Part shown: positions 24,561 to 38,507 of the stretch, in pieces
Layout of the letters: each line of letters begins with the position of its first letter
How positions within the stretch are numbered: position 1 is the stretch's first letter
DNA from: Eimeria praecox
Lineage: Eukaryota
Length of the DNA: 64,000 nt
Reading direction: 5' to 3'
Assembly (NCBI GenBank): GCA_963920595.1
Contig: OY986948.1
Location: 558,001-622,000, forward strand
Notes under the pieces: model-generated
Told to the model about the DNA's origin: nothing
Databases searched by the model: none
The model's input: only the letters and a program-made list of their open reading frames with translations
Made by a program: the position numbers and the translations under genes

Positions 24561-25960
24561 ATGCGGCCCCTCACTGAGGACGAAATAAAACTTGTTCTAG
24601 AAAAGCTGTCCAAATTGTGAGCTACTTATACAGCCTAGAGACTGCTCCTCCTCCCTGAAGGGGCGCGAAGTCCGACTCTTGGTCGGCTCTCACTGATTGC
24701 TTTGCCATAGGACAGGGCAAGAACTGCTCACACAGAGGAGCGCGTGTGGAATGGTGAATTGTGTTGGCATATCTGCAAACGAACCACTGTGCACTGGTAC
24801 TTGTTTGCAGCCTTGGCGACAACTTGCTGCATATGATTGAAAACCCTTCAAACCCCCATCTCTTCCGACTGCATCGCGATCGCGTTTTCTTTTTGAGGTA
24901 GGCAGGAACGGTTCGAGAATGCACGTTTGTTAAGCTTGTTTGCATGGTGTCCACGAAGCGCTGTTGCCGAAGAACTGGTGCATCTCCGATCTCTTTATGC
25001 AACCTTTGGCCCATGGAGTGAAAAACATGAAGAACGAGCTCCTTCACGAGTGATGGCGGTATGTATGTATGTTCTCAGTGAAAAACTGCTGAAGGCCTCG
25101 GGATGCATTCCACGCAAAAATCTTGTAAGATTTTGGGTCGCATATCCATATGACTACTTCAGAAATCATAGTTCCTCCTGTGCCTGCAGCTTCTGGCAGT
25201 AGCGAGTTAGTATATACAATTTTCTTGCGCGCTGGCCGGTGCCCGTAGTACTTCGTCCTGTGCCTGTAGTATTTCCATCTACTCTTTGCACTGTTTTTGT
25301 GCAGTTGAGTGCTGGACAGTGCATCGGTAAGATCACCAAAGGGCGGAAGTTCAGGCTTGGCATTACAGCTTTGCACCTGATTGCCCGATATGCCCCGCAC
25401 AAGGTGTGGCTGAACCCAGGAGGAGAGCAGGCGTTTGTCTACGGGAACCACATCATTAAGGTGAGACAAATTCAGGACAGTGACGAGCCTCTTCACTATT
25501 AAAAATAGAACAAGCGGCGCGAAAATCAGTTTTTTGGCTTCGTCCTGTAGGGGGCTACTACGTGCACTCTCATATAGGGCCGTCTATCGCATGAACAGTG
25601 TTTGACAATGTGTGGGTTTTATGCCACTGTGGCTCTGTGAGAACGAAGGGCAAGGCTTCTGTAGGAGCTTCGGTCATTCCCATCATGCCTATCTTCCTTT
25701 GCGAGTAGCATGCAGCGAAGTATCCCAGCGTATCACTGTGCCTTTCTTTGTGGCCGCAGCGTCACGTAGGCCGGCTAACGGCGGACATGCCCAGTGGCGC
25801 AGGTGTCTGTGTACTGTCTTTGAACGGCGACTTACCTTTGGGCTTTGGGACAAGCGCCAAATCAACGGCGGAAATTCACTCGGCTCCTACGGAGGCTATT
25901 TCGTTCTACCACCATGCAGATGTGGGCGAGTACCTGCGCGAGGAGGCAGACCTCGTTTAA
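24561..25960 (+). CDS. NIP7: 60S ribosome biogenesis protein NIP7 (exons 24561-24616, 24811-24897, 25079-25124, 25305-25460, 25760-25960)
   Basis: MRPLTEDEIKLVLEKLSKF..FRLHRDRVFF..GQCIGKITKGRKFRLGITAL..KVWLNPGGEQAFVYGNHIIK..PLGFG..HHADVGEYLREE; PUA domain; phases consistent. Confidence 0.96.
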
Positions 25961-27126
25961 TGCTTCACTTGTGAGTATTAGGTCTTGAATGAAGGCCGAA
26001 TTACCCATAAGTGAGTTACAGCAGCGTTTGTGTGCATAGTGAAGAGCGCCTTGGTTCATCTTTGCCTACACTCACATAGCATGTTTTTGACCGCTGAAGC
26101 TACTTACGAGGGTGAGTGGTCTCAGACTATACTTCATTTTCGTCTCCTGACTGCTAGTGCATCTGCACTTTGAATTCGGGCTGGTATTTCCGGGGAGTTT
26201 CCAACTCTCACTGCCCGAAGTTGCATGAACTGGGTTTTTTGTTGCTTCCGGGGGGGGAAATATCTGCCTCCTGAGGACTCCCGGATAACGACTTCCCGTG
26301 GATTTTATGCTAGCGGTGGTTAGTTGGGAATGGGTGTGTATGCCACCCTCCTGATGACTTAAAACAATTTTACCATGCTTGTATAGTTATGAGAATAGTA
26401 AAGTAGGTTGAGTAATCCATGCAAGCTTGACCCAGTCCCTTTGAAGATGGGACGACGCCTGGTCTTCTGCAGCAAGAGGGGACACTGGCGCATGAAATGT
26501 ACCCAAAAGAACTGGCTGTATAACAATGCCGATATACATCAAAAATTAACTTATGACATAAAACCAGGTCTAACTTATCATGGGCCATCTTCTAGCCATT
26601 GACACAGCGAAACAGGCAGTGGTCTTTTGCTGAGCGGCTCATTCCGTGTTGGTCTCGAAATCAACGAAAGGCTACAGTTCCACCGAGACAGCAAGACGTA
26701 AAAATTAGCTTTTATCAGTTTGAGTTCCTTTCATTTCTTTTTGAAAGGGATTGCAGAAGATACAGTCATTGCGTTGCTTCCGGAGTCACGCAGGGTCCAC
26801 GCAGGCTGGTTAACTGGCTGGTGGTGTCTGCTGACCCGTCAGTCTCCCATTTTCCTACACAGGAAATCAACTTGCTGCTTTCATCGGCACCAATCAAAGC
26901 AGTTACATTCCTTCGTTCGTATCGACTTAACTGGGCAGCGATTTCAACTTCGTAAAGGCGCATCAGAGATACGATCGAAATCCCGAGTCCCTCAACTAGC
27001 GTCCTTCTTGCTCTCGACGTTCCACGGCAAGCAACATCCGTTGCTCGCCTTGGGACGTCGAGAGCAAAACCTCGCCGTACTGAGCAATAGAAAAGGCCTG
27101 ACGTTTTGGTGGGCGCCTGGGTCATC

Positions 27127-30100
27127 ATGCTGGGGTCCAGGCAGTGCTTCGTTTATTCGGTGTTCGCAGCGGAAATCGTTTTACTGTTAGCAAGCCTGCA
27201 GGCTGAGGGCTTGAGAGAAAAAGGAGGTAAGCGCTTCATACTGGGCTGGTAGTCCTCCAGATTGCTGTGTTGAAGTTGATCATTCCCCTCTGCTGTCAGC
27301 ACGCAGTGGAGCGGAAGATGGCATATTACAGCTTACTAGCTTCCAGTGCTCGTGGCTTCTGGGATTTCGGCCCCTTTGGCACTCTAGGAGGGAGGATGTC
27401 GGGAATATTGCGATCTGCAACTCTCGTTCAGGCATTGAAACGTTCAAATACTCACTACAGCAAGAAGATTTCCCTTCTTTAGGAAAGCAGTGGCCACCAA
27501 GGGAATCTGTGAACTCGTTGAGTGTCACTGCCTCGCGGGAGAAGCCCGGCGTTCCCTTTGCTCAAAGGAATTTGGAATTAGTGGACAGCAGTTCTGATAC
27601 TGGAGTTTTCGGGGAAAGCCTCAGCGCTGCCAGTGCGCAGGCATTTTCGATCCCATTTGCTCAGGGCCCGCAAAAGGAGGCACTCAAGCTGCAGGGTACA
27701 GGTACGTTAGACGGCGAAATTCAACGCGTCTGCAATGCTCTAACCTGAGAGGAATTCCATGAAACTTCTGTTTACCTTTTGGATTTTGGAGAGGACCTCT
27801 TTGCTCAAAACGATTTGCAAAGTGTTCTGTGCGCCTTCAGCTTTGCACCCAGAGTTAGCTGCTGTGTTGACTCCAGCCCGTTACTCAGCTTCGCTGCAGC
27901 GCGGAATCATTGCACGACTTCGTTCCAACCCGTAAGCCGAGAGCTCGTTAAAGCACTCCGCCTTCGTCCCACTATAGTGTGAACTGACCATTGCCGCCTA
28001 CTGGTATCCGTGGAATGTAGTTCCACCTCCCTAGGTATTTTTCATTGAGCTGTCGTCTTTTGGGAGCAGGGGAGTCACGCCAATCATACGAGCTCGCTGG
28101 CACACGGCCGAACAATACGTGGCTGCGGCGTCAGCGCTTCGGGATGACCGGTAGGAGTCGTGTAAATTATTCACTTGCCGCAGGAATGTTCTTCCCTTAA
28201 GCTATTTACCAACGGTGTCACAGGGAAACAAGTAAGAGTTTGAATTATTTGACTTGCAAACGTATATTTACCCTTCTGCTTCAGGCGGAGGCCCTTCTTC
28301 TTCGTTGTTCTTGCTGAGTAGTAAGCACCATCGCAAAGCCCGCACGTAACAACTGGGCAGCGATTTGGCAGCATGTTGTAAATCCGTGTAGGCGAACCTT
28401 AAGAGGTGCAACTTCTACGGGCACGCCCTGGTAAGCACCTAATTTCAAACCATGCTAGCTTTTGCTTATGCGAACTCCCGCAGTGCGCCGGTGAAAACCC
28501 AAATGCCCAGTCAGTTTTTTCGGGAGAAAGGCTTCGCTCTTGTTCCTGCAACCCAAGAATCTCTGACTGACGAAAAGGGAAATCCTTTGCCTTACCCATT
28601 TTCTTTGCCCACTCCTTTTCAACTGTTACAAAGTGCCTTTGGAAATGGGTATGCAGTAAAAGAGCTTGCTACTGACCAGTTTCATTCGACTGAGCCATCG
28701 TTGGGAGATCCGAGCAGCGGCCGAGGATCTAGTGCTTTAGCAGGTGCTGAATCGTCAAGCCATTCACCACGCTTTGAAGCTAACCAAACGCGGGAGGCCA
28801 CAAGCGCATTCCTGCGCTGGATACCATTTGGCTTGACACGCATATCTTCGGCAGCTGAAGTTGTCGGTGAGCTGCCTGCGCATGGTCAGGCTGGAAAAGT
28901 TACTTTATTCGAACCTCCAGAAAGTGAAGAGCTCTTTGTTAAAGCCCTCTCCAGAGCCTTGCCTCGGCGCTGGCTTAAAGCACCAGATGGGTGAGGACAT
29001 CTGCAGAGCATCGGCTAACAGTACAGTACACGGAGGCACTCACAATTATTGACGAGATGAATTTTCGTCCCTTGTCCCCTGTTAATGCTGTAGGAGGCGC
29101 CTGGTTATTGTGTTAAACGACCAGATCACGGAATGTAGGAGCTTGCTGCATCTCGCTGTGAACTCTTTGTAAGTACCTATGGGAGCTACGAAGCTGTAAT
29201 ACTTCAGAACTCCATGAACGCAGCGGTGTATTTTGCTCTACCTCAGTCTCAGCAGTGACGTGCCAGAGTGCACGTCAGTGCATACTTTTATAATCATTGC
29301 TGAAGCCATGTGTCACTAAATCTGACGTTGATGATAATGTAAGTCTACGTGAAAATAGGTACAAAGTAATTTCCCGTGTATTGGGAAGAGTTTCTGAATG
29401 AACAGGGGCGGAGGAACTCCTGTATTCGTGGAGAATTCTGAAGGCCTTGACCCACGCAAGCTGCTGATGCGTCTGAGCGACGAACGTATAGACGGCAAAA
29501 GAATGTGCGTCTCCCCACGAGTAAAATTACGAGACTCCTTGCTGGGCTGTAGTTCATCCCGGCTACTCAGCTCTCAAAATGTGGGGGAGACTGAGTAGGT
29601 CTGCTTCTTTGTGGCCGTTCCTTCAGAGCCTTCTTACTCTTTGCTTTGGGAGAGTCAGAGATACTGCCGATGAATGCTGCATTTTTAGACCGAGCAGTGT
29701 TGCGAGTGCCAAAAGCGGATGACATCAAATCATTTCTCAAGCGAAAGGAGGAAGAAGCAGCTGAAGAGTTGGTATTCGAGAAAGAGGAACTGGAGGAGAT
29801 GCGGCAGCACATGGAAAGGCGCAAAGAGCACCTTTTGGAATTAGATGGTGGTGAAAAAGCTGCTAAAATGGACGAAGCAAGCATTACTCTCCAGCAGGTA
29901 TGCCGTTGAGCCCCCACTGCTCTGCTTGCCATTTCTAAAGGGCATGCATGCCAGTGTTCCACACCTATTTTGTGAACCTAGCGGAGCGTTTCTTGTGTGT
30001 CCTTTAGAAGGATTCGGAGAGCAGTGGCCAACTAGGCGACTATATCCAAAAAAGCGTGAAGCAAGCTCCGGTGCTGGTTCTAAACCCATTCAACGAATAC

Positions 30101-30464
30101 CTGCTTCGCTTCAACTACACGGAAGTTAGCGACCTGACCAACTATGCAGAGGCGCTCGCGACGGAGCTGAGGAATGAACCTCTAGAGATCTCAATAGGGT
30201 ATGTGCTCACTTATCCTTTAGTGTGCCCAGAGAGACAAAACACCGTGTACTGGGGATGCGTGTGCTTGGCATGCTCTTAGGGGAGAATCGCACCGAGTTG
30301 CTGTAATGATCCTATCGGAACCCCCCGAAACGGAAACTGAGCTTGGCTCCGCGTGGGTGCGCCTAAACAGACTAATTCATGTGGCTATCGCCATCTCAGT
30401 GATTGTTGGGCTACTTTGCTGCTTGTGCATGTGGCGGCTGATGCTTCTTCTAAAGCAGCGTTAG
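27127..30464 (+). CDS. Multi-exon hypothetical type-I membrane protein (signal peptide, long lumenal region, C-terminal TM); internal exons uncertain
   Basis: Exon 1 is signal-like (MLGSRQCFVYSVFAAEIVLLLASLQAEG; donor after 27226). Phase-compatible exons lie at 27483-27701, ~28484-28990, ~29094-29168, ~29626-29897 and ~30008-30198. The last exon encodes IHVAIAISVIVGLLCCLCMW and stops at 30462-30464. Confidence 0.6.
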
Positions 30465-32730
30465 CTTACAATATAATAATTCGTTCAATTCAAATTAAAG
30501 ACGCAGTGTGATGAAGTTCGGTGCAGCGAGCCATTTTCTCTTTGTACCAATATATAGTTGCAAATGTTTAAGATTGGCCCTTCTGCGGCCCAAAAAGCTG
30601 CCCCTAGCGAAGCCTTGAACTATCTTCTTGAACTACTTAGTGGTTCACGCTATGCTTTGGGGTTTAGGCATCGCGGTGAAAAAGCCCTCGTGTGAGCAGC
30701 GACCCCCTTCAGGTTTACTGATGGCACCCGTTGCTTCCACAACCAATAATGTGTTTTCCTCTTAAGCACCTTGGTGAGCTTTTACTTTTGCCTGTTTTTA
30801 GTTGACTACGTCCAAACTGGATGCACCTGGGGGTAGGGTGCTTGAGCAGTTGTTTGAATTTTTGGTTGGCCCTCCTGCATTACCATGCTTCCTCGATATG
30901 TGCTACACCCTTCCAACCGCTAGCGTCCCTAGATGTCTCATGAACCAGAATATCTTGACACTTTCTTTCGCCGTGGCGGTTGGCTTGTACGTGAGCCAGA
31001 TTAGCCACTTCAGGTAATACGATGAGGTGGACCCATTGTAGTGTTCAGTCATAGCAATCAGTTTAACACCATCATGCAGAAGGTAGCACGATTTAATTGG
31101 CTGTATTAATTTACTAGTCTAGGGCGACTTTAAACGACGAAGCTGCACATGGTTTGCGGAAGTGCATGATGTGGCCATAGCCGCCATCCTGACACGCCAC
31201 GTCTAACCATGGCCTAAATTTCTATTTTCGGGACGCAAGTGGACGAAGAGCATCAGTTGATATGTGAACCCCCCACAGAGGAATTTTTAGAGGTGGCTCT
31301 TTGTATCGCAGTTTCGTCCGCCTCGCTCTTATTGGTGCGCGTGCATGTAACTATAGTACGCCTGCTTGTGTGAGAGCGGAGGTCTTCAAAAATGTATCAA
31401 ACTGGAAGCTGAAAATGTCAAGCAAGCTGCGTGAACCAGTAAGTGGCGGCAGCGCAGATGTTAAGGGCCATATTCAAAGTAGTTATCGTAAGGCCTGGCC
31501 TAACACCCACCATGCACCAATGGTTTGGCTCCTAAGGGGTTGCTTGACATCAGAGAAGGCGAAACTGCCTCAATTTGGGGCAAAAGGAGTAGGATATACA
31601 GTTTTGTAGGTGTTTCCGTTGCTTCATAGTCCTCTATGAACTTGCTGAACTTGCACTCAAAGGAACTATGTGTCGAGGAACCCTGCCAGTTAGTCACGGG
31701 CTCCACATCTCCGACCAGCCCCTAGTTAGGAAACGCTTCTTGCAAAATGTCATGTTCTTGCATATGCGTGCGTTCCAAAGGATTCAGAGTCATGGCTTAT
31801 CGTCAGGATGCGCAGCCGACACATCACAACTACACACATATCCTTGAATGGATGCGCAGCGTGAACGAAAATCCCTCAAATTTGTATTGACACGCTGCTA
31901 CTCCAATTTAGAAAAGCCTTTTATTTCTTTGGAATGGAGCATAGACCACTTTCTATCTAAGAAGGCTGAAACGGTTCACGTGGTACGGCAGCGGTGAGGG
32001 GGAGTGGACCGCCGGCCTTCCGGGACTTCGACAGTAATGCACGCCGCAGCTACATGTTTTGACTTTGCTTTCTCTTTTGGATTCTTTACAAATTCCGACA
32101 CTGCATCTGGGGAGCTGTGTGCTTGGAGTTTCAAATATTCGTCCACATAGCTCCCTCGAGTGGCCATCGCGGGACCCGCTAGGGGCTTGCTGCCTTCTCA
32201 GGGTCGACAACAGCATCAGCGTGGAAAATATCATAAGCTACAGGGGCGCCAACCTAAAAGGTAACAAATGTATGCTGCTTAAAGTAGCCTTACATAGTAG
32301 GGCATGCAGCTGTTGCTTTCGGTGCAAGCTCGTCAGCGCTGGCCGAGCCCAGCACTCATCTTGTCTAAATCTTTTTCCTGCCCTTCGCAAGCAGCGAATT
32401 GTTGCTCATAGCTCAGACTTGCTGAATATTCTTTTATTGCTCATTTGAAGATATTGAGCTCAAGACAGGCGCGATTAGCGGCAGTGGACCAGCCGCCTAC
32501 TACGCGAGGCCTGAGAGTCGACGTCGGAGTATTCTCGAGTGGATTCAAGGAAAGAGTCGAAACACCTTCTTACGCGGGAAGTAAATGATTCAATGGAACA
32601 AATCATAGCATAGCATGAACAAGCTGATGTTCCTTTGTTTTCCTGGGCAAGGCGTTCCTTCAACTCGCCATCAGCAGGCTCTTTTCACCAGAGTTTAGGA
32701 CAAGCAACGGCCCACATCCATTCCCCGACC

Positions 32731-35700
32731 ATGAATACCTCGAGAAACAAGGATATCGCCTCCCCATTAGGAGGGCCCATATACAGACAGGCAACCCCTT
32801 CAACAATACGATCAGCTGCTACGCGCTTGCCAGATATGGTCCGCTTCTGGTCACCAAGCAATGGCAGACAACGCCTCGAAAGGACGGTTCCAGCAATGCA
32901 ACCGCCACAACAAAGATTCCATACCCTCTGTCCTTCTCCACAGCCACCGCCTATAAGTCCGCACAAAGCTGTGGCGTCGCTTAGCCCACCGCTTCCTACT
33001 GGTTCGATGACGTTGACGAAGCAAGCAGAGCAACAAACTCAAGCAGACACCCATCAGCATCACCCTCAGATGGTGTGGCGTTCTATGACACCTTCGACTT
33101 TCGTCTATAGTTGCTACCGCCCAAAACAGGCAGCAGCACGTCCCGCCAGCACCGGACCGAGGGTGGCACCAAGTAAAACCATCGAAGTGGATGGTCAGCC
33201 CGCACAGCCACCGCCAAAGTATCAGCCTCAGCAAAACAGCACCAATATCGGCCTCTGGCCTGGTTCATGGGCCAGCCTAGCAGACAGAACTCATCAGTTT
33301 ATTGCTCCCCAGCAGCACCGCTGCCCCTCGGTGCTACTAACACAGCGCAGTGGCCAGTTGCCATGCGCTCCTGGCATTGAGGGAGGCCCACCAATTCAAA
33401 CTCGCTTCAAGAAGGATGGCAGGAATCAATTGAATTTGTGCCAGGCGGTTGTCGGGAGAGAAAACTGTACCGTCGCTTATGGGCACCAGCCCGCCAGAGG
33501 CAACTCGCCTGGGGTCCTGTGTTGGCGGCCGCACTCCGTGCCTCCCCAGAGCCACACAGAATTCCGTCGTGCAGGCGCTCCGAACAGCTTTCAACCATCT
33601 GTCGCATTCAGGACAAATTCTCTGGGGAGGGTGCCGTATCCGTCGCCTCCTCAGAAACCACAAACAATGCAGGCGGGAGGCCACATGAACCGATCTGTCA
33701 GCACGCCTCCAGTTCCTGGCCGCCAGCCCCTTAGCCTTGCCAGTCGCTTTTGGTCCTTTTTCCGTGGCTCAGTAAAGCAAACTGACGATTGTGAAAGGGA
33801 AGCAGTGCAGGAGAGCGCTCATCACAGAAGCAGGAACCCCGTCCCTACAGTGAGCTGGGCTCATATAACTCGCGATCCCCGACACGAAGTGCAACAAGGA
33901 TGGGGTAACAATCAGAAGCTAACACAGAAACCACAAGCTGTGAATTCACGGGGATCCCGCCCTCCATCACCCAATCTGAATCTTCGACAGGAAACCTGCT
34001 GTCCGTCCTCAGTGAGATTCGCGCGGGCAGACGCGACGGGATCTTTAGTTCCACAGCAGGATCCAATTGCCCAAGGGGGGTCGCTAGATGCCTCCGTTGC
34101 CCAGGAACAAAATAAGCAACGCATTTCGCGTGAACAAGGTTCTGCGAAGATGCAACTGCCTTTACAGCAGCAACGAGGAGTGCAGGACTCTCTGCATCGC
34201 TTGCAACTTCCAGCATCCCAAGTTCAGCAGACCCCCCAGTTCCCGCTGCAGCTGCAGAAGGAGCATCTTCTATGGCAGCAGCAACAACTTTTGCAACGGC
34301 AAAGAGACGTACTTCAGCAGCAAAAAGAAAGGCTCATGCAACAGCAGGCTTCCTGGAAGCAGCAGAGGCAAAGAACGCTGTTGCAGGGAAAATGCTTGCC
34401 TCAGCAAGATGAGCAGAAAACGGATCTCCAGCAGAGCCGGCATATCTCAGGGCATCACGAAGCATTCGAAATTCCTAATGACTTGCAAGCAAGTGGCACT
34501 TGCCCCTCTTCGAGGGGCTCCGAAGATCCAGGTGGCGCGTTAATTCGGACTAGTAAAGCCCTTGAACATCAGCAGCCTGGGGCCCAAGCTGAGGGGATTC
34601 GACCAGAAATAAAGCATCTACAGAGCCCCAGGACTGAAAGTATGGAGCATGGAATTTCCCGTGTTCAACGATCTCCCAACCTACATGAGGTTCCAACGCC
34701 AGTGAAGTGGGAAGTCAGCGAAAGTGCTGAGGCTTCCGTTAGGTCCGCAGGTAGAGCGGGGCTCACCGCAGCAGAGAACAAGAAGTTGCAATTCACAGCA
34801 GTGGGAGGGAGTGTGGAACAACGCCTGCAGCTGAGATGCGAAGTAATCGGAGATCCCGCCACTACGCTTACGAACTCAGCGCTGTTTAGAGGGGCCGCTT
34901 CTTCTGAGCAGCAACCAATTGAGGGAGAATCTGACGTACACACAGATTCTACTGCTGAAATAAGCGATAGCCTATCCATAGAGCAAGCAGCTACTTCTGT
35001 TCAGCCTCAAATCGCAGTTGAAGACCAAGAGACCGGCGATACGGGAGATGCGAATAGCCAGTACTCGTCTCTAGATGAAGGCACGCCAGCTGCGCAGCAC
35101 GAGAAAAGTACAAGGGATGCTGGAGAAGATGAATCGGATGGTGCTGAAGTGAATACTGCGAACAAGACTTCTGACTGGCATCTACAGAAGAAGTTCGTAT
35201 GGACTCCGAGACTATGCCGCCTTCCCCAGGATCGATTCAGAATCGGTCCCCATGACCTAATCCCGGTTGGCCCGCTGATTGCGGCGATATCATCAAGGTG
35301 CAACGGATGGAACGAGAAAGGCTGCATCACAGCGGACGAATACGCGGAGGACTCCAGCTTTATAGAGGCGTATTTACCTATAAAATCCCTTGCAGAGTTC
35401 GAAAGTTTTGGAAAGGGTCAAGAGGCCCAGGACATGCTAAGCGTACGCCAAGATGTCGTTGGCTGCGGGACCTATGGCATTGTGAGGAAGCTACGGCACA
35501 GGAAGGGTGGCTTCACAGTCGCCGTCAAGAGCATTGAGAAGGAAACTGTGGTACAGGCTGGCATGGTGAACCAAGTGGAATTCGAGCTCTATGTGCAGCG
35601 GGACTTGCTACGACATCAGAACGTGCTGCGGTGCTTCTCATGCGTCGAAGATGCCGAACACCTTCACATGGTGCTGGGGTACTGCGAACAGGGCGATCTC

Positions 35701-38507
35701 TACCGCCGTATTCGGGAGCAACCCCACAGGCGCTTCTCAGAACTTGAATCCTTTTGTTACTTTGCGCAACTAGTCAACGGCCTCCACTGTGTTCATGCCA
35801 GCGGCATCATCCATAGGGACTTGAAGCTGGAAAACCTCCTGCTCACCAAAGGGAATGTGCTCAAAATTGCGGACTTCGGGTGGTGTGGCTCCATTGTCGG
35901 TCGCAACCGAAGCTTCAGCTTTTGCGGAACGCTTGACTATCTTGCTCCTGAAATGGTCAAAGGGCAAGGGCATGATTGGCGTGTCGACTTGTGGAGCTTA
36001 GGTAAGCTGATGGCCGCTTCCCACACAAGCCTGGAGAATGCGCTCTCTAACTATCCGTACTAGAGTGGGATATATCTGCATGTGATATTGGCCGCCGCAC
36101 TGTCAGACAGCCTGCGGCTTAGTGCCTTCGTGCACAGGCAATCCTGTATGCAAATGTTACAGCTACGACGTAGAAGTGCCCGTTCGAAACTGTTGCCATC
36201 TGCCTGCAGGGGTGCTCCTCTATGAGCTTCTAGATGGGCGGCCCCCTTTTCAGTCGACAAGGCACTTCGAGCTCGTTCAGCGGATTGTAACGGTAGACGT
36301 CAGAATACCCAACGTAGGCCTATCGCATAAGTGCACATTTTCTCAGTCACTGATGCACCACCCAGTTCTTCACGCTTCACAAAGTGTGTCTTTGTTTTTG
36401 CAGCATATCAAGGAAGATGCAGCAGACTTGATTAAGAATCTCCTCAAATATAATCCAAGCGATAGATTACCGTTGGTTGGTAAGGGCAAGGATGCAGCAA
36501 GCGACCTACAAACTCCCCTTTAATACCATGGCTTAGTATATGGGACATGTGGAGTGACTTCCCTCGCATATATTTCTTGTAGCTGTTGCTTTTGCGAGCG
36601 ATTCAGGCGTTGCTCAGCATCCGTGGGTCCTTCGAATGTGGAAGGAGCTACAGTTGCACCTCCTACGACGAGATCCTACCGTAGACCTGGAAAAATTGGT
36701 TTCTGTGACATCCGCCATCGAGCATGAAGTTGGAGCGGAGCTTTCGCCGCGGTTTGCTCCACCCCAAAGTTCTGCAATAGCTTGCTCCCCACAAGCAGGA
36801 GAATTCGGCAGCTCCTCGAAAAAAAGTACAGTCGCCAAGGGGTCGGTCGCAGCAACCAAAAGCAGCTTATCACGCTTTGCAACCAGATTATCATCTATTC
36901 CAAATCGCCAATACCCTGCTGTGGAAAAGGCGCCGAACGTTTCTTTATTGAGCAACCGGAGATGTACTGGTAAATTAGACCTTGATGTTGTCTCCAGAGA
37001 AAGCTGCAAGGAAAGGTTGAATTCATCTTTTTTGACTGAAACAACAACGAAGAAAGGGTCCTCCACCCTAAGAAACGCCCCCGCTGCTTCTTATTCCCAA
37101 CCACGTCGCAGGACACTGCCAAAAGCCACGCCGTCCCCCACGTACACCCGTGCTGTCAGATGCACAAGCAGAGTCCCTGGAACAGAACGAGCGCAAGCAA
37201 CAGCGTGCGCGGAAGTATCAGACACTACAGCAGCTAATTCGGCCTTGAAAAGGAACGCTAAAGGACGGCCTACATCGGTAGGGCAGAAAAATAGGAGCCG
37301 AAAGGCACCCCTAGTTGACCAATCTTTTGACTTGCCGAGTGCGACATGGACGACAGAGAAGCAGGAGTCTGGCTCTTGCCTGCAGGCAAACTCTCCTACT
37401 CCCCACCAGCTGTCAAGTGTGCACGCTAGCGAGCACCATCAGCACCACGGCTTTAGCCCAGCAGGAAGTGTCCCTAATACAGGGCCTCAACAGCATATCC
37501 CCTCCAGCCGGTCCGCCGAATATTTTCCTAGCGGAGGCATGCAAGGTCGTGTTCTAGAAGAAATTCAATCTCACCCGCGACGTCCTCGTCAAGGCGTAAC
37601 CTTTTGTCGAGATATACAGCCAGCAGACGACCGAATGAACTGTTCTGCAGTTGCGGACCTTCATGCAGCTCATCATGCCACCTCGTCGCCCAGCCTGAAG
37701 AAAGTGCGTAGCGTGTCTGCGAGTTCCAGTGGCATTGGACGCACTGGCGCTATGCTCCGTTTACGGTCAACTCCAAGCAAACATCAAATTGAACAGGACC
37801 CACCGCAGGCGTCAGACTTCCCGAATTGCCGCCTACGAATTGGACCTGAAGTTCAGTATGGAATGCGCGTGCCCAGCCAGCAATACTTGGCTTCATCACC
37901 GAACATTTATCACTCAACGAAGGCTCCTGTTGTAGGAAGTAAGCAACAGACCCTCCCGAAATTGGCTTCTGTAAATAGTGGGATGACTGGTTTGGACATG
38001 GAGCACACTTTGCAGCAATCTAGCATGAGGTGCCACTCACAAGGACCAGAGGGCTCTAATGGCCAAGCCCTCCACCAAGACTGTCGTCATCGCTATCCCC
38101 AGGGTGCTCCAACCGGCAGCACCTCTGAGCATTTTCAGGGAATTACAGTGTGGTGTGGAGGAAAATCAGATTGCCAAAAGCCTGCGAATCAAGGAACTAC
38201 CCCTGTCGAAGTTGGCCGGTCAGGATACGTAGTCTCCCAGGAAGTCCCAAAGCGACTTCTTGCCAACTCCTTAGTTGGCATTCCGGCAGTGCAGCAGTTG
38301 TACCTCCCTCAGCTAACAACGAATACGCCTGGGCGTACGCAGCAGCCAAAGGACACGCTGGTACATGCCCATACACGGCTGCCATACGGAAGGGGTATCA
38401 TGAATAGTGCTCACGCTCGCGGGCTCCCGGTTGTAGTTTCAATGCCTCAGCCTATGCACACCAAATTTGTGAATAGTCCCAACTCTCTGTTTGATCAGAA
38501 GAACTGA
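32731..38507 (+). CDS. Aurora-like Ser/Thr kinase with very long low-complexity N- and C-terminal extensions (exons 32731-36001, 36210-36313, 36404-36479, 36607-38507)
   Basis: GCGTYG, VAVK, HRDLKLEN, Aurora-type DFGW, CGTLDYLAPEM, VDLWSLGVLLYELL.GRPPF, HPW; GT-AG introns in phase. The start codon is uncertain. Confidence 0.9.

Noticed and set aside
29327..29403. Intronic TGATGA...CTGA as a C/D-box snoRNA
   Set aside because: Poor terminal stem, imperfect C box, and no rRNA complement I can verify.
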